A stretch of 32,136 nucleotides of DNA from Utricularia gibba (Eukaryota > Plantae > Magnoliophyta). Location of the stretch: positions 1 to 32,136 of the forward strand of contig NEEC01000288.1 of assembly GCA_002189035.1 (NCBI GenBank), in the 5' to 3' direction. A program made the position numbers and the translations under genes. Positions 1 to 12,000 of this stretch are shown one piece after another (the first letter of the stretch is position 1; each line of letters starts with the position of its first letter). The notes under the pieces are model-generated. The model was given only the letters and a program-made list of their open reading frames with translations, ran no database searches and was not told the DNA's origin.

Positions 1-3000
1 AAAAATATACGCTCGATCCGCAGCATACCTAACGTTCGAATGCTAATAAAAAATATTAAAATAAAAAATACGCGCTCGATCCGCATTTATACTTAAGGAT
101 CGAATGATAATAAAAATATTTAAAGTAAAAAAATAGCAAATATGATCTGAATCATAACCAAGGATCGAATGCTAATTAAATTGACTAAAGTAAAAATACA
201 CACTCCATCCAAAGTACAACTGAGGATCAAATGGTAATAATTAAGTCAAAGAAGCTTTCACAGTTATCCTACGGTTTAATAAATAATGCATTTCAATTAT
301 TTATAATTTAATAAACCTATATCATATGATTATGATTAGAGATGGGCCTGGGTTGGATCCATTCAGGTTCGGACCCAACCCGATGAAATTCTGGGTATTA
401 CAGTTTGCATGACCCATGGGGTTGTCTTTCTGTTCAACCCGAACGGGTTAAACCCTACGGGTTTTGATTGGGCCCGAACCGAACCAAGGGTTTATCAATT
501 TTATTTTTTATTTTTGGCTTATTGTATTTTATGGGTTGTTTTCTTTTTTTCCACGGCCGTATGGCCTTGTGGCTGCTGCTCGAGCACGCGGGCATTAACC
601 AAGCCCATGTGGCCTCGTGGTGCTGCTGCGTATGCACACGGGCTGGGGGTCGCGCCGGGCATGAGCCCAAAGTCAGTTTTAGCCCGGCGAAAAAAGGGAT
701 GCATTTCTTAGCGTTGGGTTATCACGAGCCGCCTAATTTTTTTTCGTGGAACACCATCTAGTTTTGTGGGGGGCGCTCTCGAGGGGCCCTTGGCTTGGGC
801 CCCGGGTTCGGTCTGGCTGATGAGCCCACTCTGGTCCCACTCGGCGAAAATCGTGACACATTTGTTGAAATTAGGATGTCACGTGCACCCAACACGGTTT
901 TTTTCAACAACACGCTTTATACTTGTGGAGACGCTCTCGGGGGGCACTCGAATCTTCCCATACGTCGTACCAGGCTCGAGCGTAAAGTCATTGTAGCCCG
1001 GCAAAGAAAGTGATGCATTTATTAACTTTGGGTTGTCACGAGCCGCCTAAATGGTTTTCCATGGAACACCTTCTAGTTTTGGGGGGGAGGGGAGCGGGCG
1101 CTGCGCCTCGTCCGGGCCCCGGGAGCCCGGTCCCGTCCGACTCGACGAAAATCGTGATGCATTTGTTGAAGTTAGGATGTCACGAGAACCGCACACGGTT
1201 TTTTTCAACAACACACTTTATACTTAAGGAGGAGCTCTCGGGGGGGCACCCTGATCGGGCCGGAGGTCGTGCCGAACTCAGGCCCAAAGTCAGCAGTAGC
1301 GCGCCAAAAAAAGTGATGCATTATTAACGTTGGTTGTGACGAGACGCGTATATGGTTTTTGAAGGAACACCTCCTCGTATTGAGGCGGGCGCTCTCGAGG
1401 GGCCTTGGCCCGGGCCCCGGGTTCGGACGGGCTCATGGGCCCACTCGACGAAAATCATGATGCATTTGTTGAAATTGGGATGTCACGTGCACCCCACATT
1501 TGTTGAGCGAGGACGGCCAATTTTAGAGACTCGATGGGCCATTCTTCGATCAGCGTCCTACTATCTAGTTCAAACTCAAAGTCACATTATTCTTGCACAA
1601 TTTCGTATGAATGAATATGGGATATGATCCGTTGGAAGCCCAAGTGTTAGAGAATTTTACTGAATCTGCTGAGCAAGGGGTTGTGAGTTCATAACAGCTG
1701 TTGAAACCTCTCCAGGGTGGTGTGCGTGGCGTGATGAGCTTTCTACAATGACAAAAAAAAAATATTTTTATAATCATGTGATATATGTTTATTAAAATAT
1801 AAATAATGTAAATACGTTAGTTATTAAAGCATATACTACATGTGAAAGTTTCTTAGTTTTTAATTTTATTAGCATTCGACCCTTAGTTATACTTTGTTTA
1901 GATTCCAATCGAGTGTATATTTTTTATTTGAACGATTCTATTTGCATTCGATTCTAAGATATGATGCGGATCGAGCGTATATTTTTTATTTTAATATTTT
2001 TATTGGCTTTCGGTCTTTAGACATGATTCGGATCGAGTGGAGATGGTTTACTTGAAACTTGTGTTAACGCTCGATCCTTAGGAGCAATGTGGAGCGTGTT
2101 TACATTGCAAGGGCACACGGGCGTGGGTTGTGCGTAAACCACGCCCGTGTGGCATGGCATTGTAATGTATACACGTTCTAAATTGCTCCTAACGGTGGAA
2201 CGCTAATTAAGATTTAAAATAAATGAATATGCACTCGATCCAAAGTATACCTAAGGATCTAAGGCTAATAAAAATATGAGAGTGAAAAATATACGCTCGA
2301 TCCGCAGCATACCTAACGTTCGAATGCTAATAAAAAATATTAAAATAAAAAATACGCGCTCGATCCGCATTATACTTAAGGATCGAATGATAATAAAAAT
2401 ATTTAAAGTAAAAAAATAGCAAATATGATCTGAATCATAACCAAGGATCGAATGCTAATTAAATTGACTAAAGTAAAAATACACACTCCATCCAAAGTAC
2501 AACTGAGGATCAAATGGTAATAATTAAGTCAAAGAAGCTTTCACAGTTATCCTACGGTTTAATAAATAATGTATTTCAATTATTTATAATTTAATAAACC
2601 TATATCATATGATTATGATTAGAGAATGGGGGGTCCATTCAGGTTCGGACCCAACCCGATGAAATTCTGGGTATTACAGTTTGCATGACCCATGGGGTTG
2701 TCTTTCTGTTCAACCCGAACGGGTTAAACCCTACGGGTTTTGATTGGGCCGAACCGAACCAAGGTTTATCAATTTTATTTTTTATTTTTGGCTTATTGTA
2801 TTTATGGTTGTTTTTCTTTTTTCCACGGCCGTATGGCCTTGTGGCTGCTGCTCGAGCACGCGGCATTAACCAAGCCATGTGGCCTCGTGGTGCTGCTGCG
2901 TATGCACACGGGCTGGGGGTCGCGCCGGGCATGAGCCCAAAGTCAGTTTTAGCCCGGCGAAAAAAGGGATGCATTTCTTAGCGTTGGGTTATCACGAGCC

Positions 3001-6000
3001 GCCTAATTTTTTTTCGTGGAACACCATCTAGTTTTTTGGGGGGGCGCTCTCGAGGGGCCCTTGGCTTGGGCCCCGGGTTCGGTCTGGCTGATGAGCCCAC
3101 TCTGGTCCCACTCGGCGAAAATCGTGACACATTTGTTGAAATTAGGATGTCACGTGCACCCAACACGGTTTTTTCAACAACACGCTTTATACTTGTGGAG
3201 ACGCTCTCGGGGGGCACTCGAATCTTCCCATACGTCGTACCAGGCTCGAGCGTAAAGTCATTGTAGCCCGGCAAAGAAAGTGATGCATTTATTAACTTTG
3301 GGTTGTCACGAGCCGCCTAAATGGTTTTCCATGGAACACCTTCTAGTTTTGGGGGGGAGGGGAGCGGGCGCTGCGCCTCGTCCGGGCCCCGGGAGCCCGG
3401 TCCCGTCCGACTCGACGAAAATCGTGATGCATTTGTTGAAGTTAGGATGTCACGAGAACCGCACACCGTTTTTTTCAACAACACACTTTATACTTAAGGA
3501 GGAGCTCTCGGGGGGCACCCTGATCGGCCGGAGGTCGTGCCGAACTCGGGCCCAAAGTCAGCAGTAGCGCGCCAAAAAAAGTGATGCATTTATTAACGTT
3601 GGGTTGTGACGAGACGTATATGGTTTTTGAAGGAACACCTCCTCGTATTGAGGCGGGCGCTCTCGAGGGGCCCTTGGCCCGGGCCCCGGGTTCGGACGGG
3701 CTCATGGGCCCACTCGACGAAAATCATGATGCATTTGTTGAAATTGGGATGTCACGTGCACCCCACATTTGTTGAGCGAGGACGGCCAATTTTAGAGACT
3801 CGATGGGCCATTCTTCGATCAGCGTCCTACTATCTAGTTCAAACTCAAAGTCACATTATTCTTGCACAATTTCGTATGAATGAATATGGGATATGATCCG
3901 TTGGAAGCCCAAGTGTTAGAGAATTTTACTGAATCTGCTGAGCAAGGGGTTGTGAGTTCATAACAGCTGTTGAAACCTCTCCAGGGTGGTGTGCGTGGCG
4001 TGATGAGCTTTCTACAATGACAAAAAAATATTTTTATAATCATGTGATATATGTTTATTAAAATATAAATAATGTAAATACGTTAGTTATTAAAGCATAT
4101 ACTACATGTGAAAGTTTCTTAGTTTTAATTTTATTAGCATTCGACCCTTAGTTATACTTTGGATGGAGTGTGCATTTTTATTTTAATCATTTTAATTAGC
4201 ATTCGATCCTTGGTTAGATTCCAATCGAGTGTATATTTTTATTTGAACGATTCTATTTGCATTCGATTCTAAGATATGATGCGGATCGAGCGTATATTTT
4301 TTATTTTAATATTTTTATTGGCTTTCGGTCTTTAGACATGATTCGGATCGAGTGGAGATGGTTTACTTGAAACTTGTGTTAACGCTCGATCCTTAGGAGC
4401 AATGTGGAGCGTGTTTACATTGCAAGGGCACACGGGCGTGGGTTGTGCGTAAACCACGCCCGTGTGGCATGGCATTGTAATGTATACACGTTCTAAATTG
4501 CTCCTAACGGTGGAACGCTAATTAAGATTTAAAATAAATGAATATGCACTCGATCCAAAGTATACCTAAGGATCTAAGGCTAATAAAAATATGAGAGTGA
4601 AAAATATACGCTCGATCCGCAGCATACCTAACGTTCGAATGCTAATAAAAATATTAAAATAAAAAATACGCGCTCGATCCGCATTATACTTAAGGATCGA
4701 ATGATAATAAAAATATTTAAAGTAAAAAAATAGCAAATATGATCTGAATCATAACCAAGGATCGAATGCTAATTAAATTGACTAAAGTAAAAATACACAC
4801 TCCATCCAAAGTACAACTGAGGATCAAATGGTAATAATTAAGTCAAAGAAGCTTTCACAGTTATCCTACGGTTTAATAAATAATGTATTTCAATTATTTA
4901 TAATTTAATAAACCTATATCATATGATTATGATTAGAGATGGGCCTGGGTTGGATCCATTCAGGTTCGGACCCAACCCGATGAAATTCTGGGTATTACAG
5001 TTTGCATGACCCATGGGGTTGTCTTTCTGTTCAACCCGAACGGGTTAAACCCTACGGGTTTTGATTGGGCCCGAACCGAACCAAGGGTTTATCAATTTTA
5101 TTTTTTATTTTTGGCTTATTGTATTTTATGGTTGTTTTTCTTTTTTCCACGGCCGTATGGCCTTGTGGCTGCTGCTCGAGCACGCGGGCATTAACCAAGC
5201 CCATGTGGCCTCGTGGTGCTGCTGCGTATGCACACGGGCTGGGGGTCGCGCCGGGCATGAGCCCAAAGTCAGTTTTTAGCCCGGCGAAAAAAGGGATGCA
5301 TTTCTTAGCGTTGGGTTATCACGAGCCGCCTAATTTTTTTTCGTGGAACACCATCTAGTTTTGTGGGGGGCGCTCTCGAGGGGCCTTGGCTTGGGCCCCG
5401 GGTTCGGTCTGGCTGATGAGCCCACTCTGGTCCCACTCGGCGAAAATCGTGACACATTTGTTGAAATTAGGATGTCACGTGCACCCAACACGGTTTTTTC
5501 AACAACACGCTTTATACTTGTGGAGACGCTCTCGGGGGGCACTCGAATCTTCCCATACGTCGTACCAGGCTCGAGCGTAAAGTCATTGTAGCCCGGCAAA
5601 GAAAGTGATGCATTTATTAACTTTGGGTTGTCACGAGCGCCTAAATGGTTTTCCATGGAACACCTTCTAGTTTTGGGGGGAGGGGAGCGGGCGCTGCGCC
5701 TCGTCCGGGCCCCGGGAGCCCGGTCCCGTCCGACTCGACGAAAATCGTGATGCATTTGTTGAAGTTAGGATGTCACGAGAACCGCACACCGTTTTTTTCA
5801 ACAACACACTTTATACTTAAGGAGGAGCTCTCGGGGGGCACCTGATCGGCCGGAGGTCGTGCCGAACTCGGGCCCAAAGTCAGCAGTAGCGCGCCAAAAA
5901 AAGTGATGCATTTATTAACGTTGGGTTGTGACGAGACGCGTATATGGTTTTTGAAGGAACACCTCCTCGTATTGAGGCGGGCGCTCTCGAGGGGCCCTTG

Positions 6001-9000
6001 GCCCGGGCCCCGGGTTCGGACGGGCTCATGGGCCCACTCGACGAAAATCATGATGCATTTGTTGAAATTGGGATGTCACGTGCACCCCACATTTGTTGAG
6101 CGAGGACGGCCAATTTTAGAGACTCGATGGGCCATTCTTCGATCAGCGTCCTACTATCTAGTTCAAACTCAAAGTCACATTATTCTTGCACAATTTCGTA
6201 TGAATGAATATGGGATATGATCCGTTGGAAGCCCAAGTGTTAGAGAATTTTACTGAATCTGCTGAGCAAGGGTTGTGAGTTCATAACAGCTGTTGAAACC
6301 TCTCCAGGGTGGTGTGTGGCGTGATGAGCTTTCTACAATGACAAAAAAAATATTTTTATAATCATGTGATATATGTTTATTAAAATATAAATAATGTAAA
6401 TACGTTAGTTATTAAAGCATATACTACATGTGAAAGTTTCTTAGTTTTTAATTTTATTAGCATTCGACCCTTAGTTATACTTTGGATGGAGTGTGCATTT
6501 TTATTTTAATCATTTTAATTAGCATTCGATCCTTGGTTAGATTCCAATCGAGTGTATATTTTTATTTGAACGATTCTATTTGCATTCGATTCTAAGATAT
6601 GATGCGGATCGAGCGTATATTTTTTATTTTAATATTTTATTGGCTTTCGGTCTTTAGACATGATTCGGATCGAGTGGAGATGGTTTACTTGAAACTTGTG
6701 TTAACGCTCGATCCTTAGGAGCAATGTGGAGCGTGTTTACATTGCAAGGGCACACGGGCGTGGGTTGTGCGTAAACCACGCCCGTGTGGCATGGCATTGT
6801 AATGTATACACGTTCTAAATTGCTCCTAACGGTGGAACGCTAATTAAGATTTAAAATAAATGAATATGCACTCGATCCAAAGTATACCTAAGGATCTAAG
6901 GCTAATAAAAATATGAGAGTGAAAAATATACGCTCGATCCGCAGCATACCTAACGTTCGAATGCTAATAAAAATATTAAAATAAAAATACGCGCGCTCGA
7001 TCCGCATTATACTTAAGGATCGAATGATAATAAAATATTTAAAGTAAAAAAATAGCAAATATGATCTGAATCATAACCAAGGATCGAATGCTAATTAAAT
7101 TGACTAAAGTAAAAATACACACTCCATCCAAAGTACAACTGAGGATCAAATGGTAATAATTAAGTCAAAGAAGCTTTCACAGTTATCCTACGGTTTAATA
7201 AATAATGTATTTCAATTTTTATAATTTAATAAACCTATATCATTGATTATGATTAGAGATGGGCCTGGGTTGGATCCATTCAGGTTCGGACCCAACCCGA
7301 TGAAATTCTGGGTATTACAGTTTGCATGACCCATGGGGTTGTCTTTCTGTTCAACCCGAACGGGTTAAACCCTACGGGTTTTGATTGGGCCCGAACCGAA
7401 CCAAGGGTTTATCAATTTTATTTTTTATTTTTGGCTTATTGTATTTTATGGTTGTTTTCTTTTTTTTCCACGGCCGTATGGCCTTGTGGCTGCTGCTCGA
7501 GCACGCGGGCATTAACCAAGCCCATGTGGCCTCGTGGTGCTGCTGCGTATGCACACGGGCTGGGGGTCGCGCCGGGCATGAGCCCAAAGTCAGTTTTAGC
7601 CCGGCGAAAAAAAGGATGCATTTCTTAGCGTTGGGTTATCACGAGCCGCCTAATTTTTTTTCGTGGAACACCATCTAGTTTTGTGGGGGGGCGCTCTCGA
7701 GGGGCCCTTGCTTGGGCCCCGGGTTCGGTCTGGCTGATGAGCCCACTCTGGTCCCACTCGGCGAAAATCGTGACACATTTGTTGAAATTAGGATGTCACG
7801 TGCACCCAACACGGTTTTTTCAACAACACGCTTTATACTTGTGGAGACGCTCGGGGGGCACTCGAATCTTCCCATACGTCGTACCAGGCTCGAGCGTAAA
7901 GTCATTGTAGCCCGGCAAAGAAAGTGATGCATTTATTAACTTTGGGTTGTCACGAGCCGCCTAAATGGTTTTCCATGGAACACCTTCTAGTTTTGGGGGG
8001 AGGGGAGCGGGCGCTGCCTCGCCTCCGGGCCCCGGGAGCCCGGTCCCGTCCGACTCGACGAAAATCGTGATGCATTTGTTGAAGTTAGGATGTCACGAGA
8101 ACCGCACACCGTTTTTTTCAACAAACACACTTTATACTTAAGGAGGAGCTCTCGGGGGGGCACCCTGATCGGGCCGGAGGTCGTGCCGAACTCGGCCCAA
8201 AGTCAGCAGCAGTAGCGCGCCAAAAAAAGTGATGCATTTATTAACGTTGGGTTGTGACGAGACGCGTATATGGTTTTTGAAGGAACACCTCCTCGTATTG
8301 AGGCGGGCGCTCTCGAGGGGCCCTTGGCCCGGGCCCCGGGTTCGGACGGGCTCATGGGCCCACTCGACGAAAATCATGATGCATTTGTTGAAATTGGGAT
8401 GTCACGTGCACCCCACATTTGTTGAGCGAGGACGGCCAATTTTAGAGACTCGATGGGCCATTCTTCGATCAGCGTCCTACTATCTAGTTCAAACTCAAAG
8501 TCACATTATTCTTGCACAATTTCGTATGAATGAATATGGGATATGATCCGTTGGAAGCCCAAGTGTTAGAGAATTTTACTGAATCTGCTGAGCAAGGGGT
8601 TGTGAGTTCATAACAGCTGTTGAAACCTCTCCAGGGTGGTGTGCGTGGCTGATGCTTTCTACAATGACAAAAAAATATTTTTATAATCATGTGATATATG
8701 TTTATTAAAATATAAATAATGTAAATACGTTAGTTATTAAAGCATATACTACATGTGAAAGTTTCTTAGTTTTTAATTTTATTAGCATTCGACCCTTAGT
8801 TATACTTTGGATGGAGTGTGCATTTTTATTTTAATCATTTTAATTAGCATTCGATCCTTGGTTAAGATTCCAATCGAGTGTATATTTTTTATTTTGAACG
8901 ATTCTATTTGCATTCGATTCTAAGATATGATGCGGATCGAGCGTATATTTTTTATTTTAATATTTTTATTGGCTTTCGGTCTTTAGACATGATTCGGATC

Positions 9001-12000
9001 GAGTGGAGATGGTTTACTTGAAACTTGTGTTAACGCTCGATCCTTAGGAGCAATGTGGAGCGTGTTTACATTGCAAGGGCACACGGGCGTGGGTTGTGCG
9101 TAAACCACGCCCGTGTGGCATGGCATTGTAATGTATACACGTTCTAAATTGCTCCTAACGGTGGAACGCTAATTAAGATTTAAAATAAATGAATATGCAC
9201 TCGATCCAAAGTATACCTAAGGATCTAAGGCTAATAAAAATATGAGAGTGAAAAATATACGCTCGATCCGCAGCATACCTAACGTTCGAATGCTAATAAA
9301 AAATATTAAAATAAAAAATACGCGCTCGATCCGCATTATACTTAAGGATCGAATGATAATAAAAATATTTAAAGTAAAAAAATAGCAAATATGATCTGAA
9401 TCATAACCAAGGATCGAATGCTAATTAAATTGACTAAAGTAAAAATACACACTCCATCCAAAGTACAACTGAGGATCAAATGGTAATAATTAAGTCAAAG
9501 AAGCTTTCACAGTTATCCTACGGTTTAATAAATAATGTATTTCAATTATTTATAATTTAATAAACCTATATCATATGATTATGATTAGAGATGGGCCTGG
9601 GTTGGATCCATTCAGGTTCGGACCCAACCCGATGAAATTCTGGGTATTACAGTTTGCATGACCCATGGGGTTGTCTTTCTGTTCAACCCGAACGGGTTAA
9701 ACCCTACGGGTTTTGATTGGGCCCGAACCGAACCAAGGGTTTATCAATTTTATTTTTTATTTTTGGCTTATTGTATTTTATGGTGTTTTTTCTTTTTTTC
9801 CACGGCCGTATGGCCTTGTGGCTGCTGCTCGAGCACGCGGGCATTAACCAAGCCCATGTGGCCTCGTGGTGCTGCTGCGTATGCACACGGGCTGGGGTCG
9901 CGCCGGGCATGAGCCCAAAGTCAGTTTTAGCCCGGCGAAAAAAGGGATGCATTTCTTAGCGTTGGGTTATCACGAGCCGCCTAATTTTTTTTCGTGGAAC
10001 ACCATCTAGTTTTGTGGGGGGGCGCTCTCGAGGGGCCCTTGGCTTGGGCCCCGGGTTCGGTCTGGCTGATGAGCCCACTCTGGTCCCACTCGGCGAAAAT
10101 CGTGACACATTTGTTGAAATTAGGATGTCACGTGCACCCAACACGGTTTTTTTCAACAACACGCTTTATACTTGTGGAGACGCTCTCGGGGGGCACTCGA
10201 ATCTTCCCATACGTCGTACCAGGCTCGAGCGTAAAGTCATTGTAGCCCGGCAAAGAAAGTGATGCATTTATTAACTTTGGGTTGTCACGAGCCGCCTAAA
10301 TGGTTTTCCATGGAACACCTTCTAGTTTTGGGGGGGAGGGGAGCGGGCGCTGCGCCTCGTCCGGGCCCCGGGAGCCCGGTCCCGTCCGACTCGACGAAAA
10401 TCGTGATGCATTTGTTGAAGTTAGGATGTCACGAGAACCGCACACGGTTTTTTTCAACAACACACTTTATACTTAAGGAGGAGCTCTCGGGGGGCACCCT
10501 GATCGAGCCGGAGGTCGTGCCGAACTCAGGCCCAAAGTCAGCAGTAGCGCGCCAAAAAAAGTGATGCATTTATTAACGTTGGGTTGTGACGAGACGCGTA
10601 TATGGTTTTTGAAGGAACACCTCCTCGTATTGAGGCGGGCGCTCTCGAGGGGCCCTTGGCCCGGGCCCCGGGTTCGGACGGGCTCATGGGCCCACTCGAC
10701 GAAAATCATGATGCATTTGTTGAAATTGGGATGTCACGTGCACCCCACATTTGTTGAGCGAGGACGGCCAATTTTAGAGACTCGATGGGCCATTCTTCGA
10801 TCAGCGTCCTACTATCTAGTTCAAACTCAAAGTCACATTATTCTTGCACAATTTCGTATGAATGAATATGGGATATGATCCGTTGGAAGCCCAAGTGTTA
10901 GAGAATTTTACTGAATCTGCTGAGCAAGGGGTTGTGAGTTCATAACAGCTGTTGAAACCTCTCCAGGGTGGTGTGCGTGGCGTGATGAGCTTTCTACAAT
11001 GACAAAAAAAATATTTTTATAATCATGTGATATATGTTTATTAAAATATAAATAATGTAAATACGTTAGTTATTAAAGCATATACTACATGTGAAAGTTT
11101 CTTAGTTTTTAATTTTATTAGCATTCGACCCTTAGTTATACTTTGGATGGAGTGTGCATTTTTATTTTAATCATTTTAATTAGCATTCGATCCTTGGTTA
11201 AGATTCCAATCGAGTGTATATTTTTTATTTGAACGATTCTATTTGCATTCGATTCTAAGATATGATGCGGATCGAGCGTATATTTTTTATTTTAATATTT
11301 TTATTGGCTTTCGGTCTTTAGACATGATTCGGATCGAGTGGAGATGGTTTACTTGAAACTTGTGTTAACGCTCGATCCTTAGGAGCAATGTGGAGCGTGT
11401 TTACATTGCAAGGGCACACGGGCGTGGGTTGTGCGTAAACCACGCCCGTGTGGCATGGCATTGTAATGTATACACGTTCTAAATTGCTCCTAACGGTGGA
11501 ACGCTAATTAAGATTTAAAATAAATGAATATGCACTCGATCCAAAGTATACCTAAGGATCTAAGGCTAATAAAAATATGAGAGTGAAAAATATACGCTCG
11601 ATCCGCAGCATACCTAACGTTCGAATGCTAATAAAAAATATTAAAATAAAAAATACGCGCTCGATCCGCATTATACTTAAGGATCGAATGATAATAAAAA
11701 TATTTAAAGTAAAAAAATAGCAAATATGATCTGAATCATAACCAAGGATCGAATGCTAATTAAATTGACTAAAGTAAAAATACACACTCCATCCAAAGTA
11801 CAACTGAGGATCAAATGGTAATAATTAAGTCAAAGAAGCTTTCACAGTTATCCTACGGTTTAATAAATAATGTATTTCAATTATTTATAATTTAATAAAC
11901 CTATATCATATGATTATGATTAGAGATGGGCCTGGGTTGGATCCATTCAGGTTCGGACCCAACCCGATGAAATTCTGGGTATTACAGTTTGCATGACCCA

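Noticed and set aside
450-457. Telomeric repeat tract
   Set aside because: It is a single AAACCCTA per monomer, not tandem; kept only as a telo-box motif.
1028-1042. LTR-end-like GGGTTGTCAC motifs in the subrepeats
   Set aside because: They end in G rather than the canonical CA, recur in every ~150-bp subrepeat, and have no PBS, PPT or paired LTR nearby.
1628-1643. CENP-B-box-like TCCGTTGGAAGCCCAA
   Set aside because: Only 5 of the 9 core positions of TTCGnnnnAnnCGGG match, and CENP-B boxes are not an established feature of plant arrays.
1731-1737. Box C motif GTGATGA (C/D snoRNA)
   Set aside because: There is no box D (CTGA) at a suitable distance downstream and no terminal stem.
4107-4859. 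753-bp MITE with TIRs TGTGAAAG/CTTTCACA
   Set aside because: The inverted similarity continues ~70 bp beyond these ends on both sides and no TSD flanks them, so they are not the termini.
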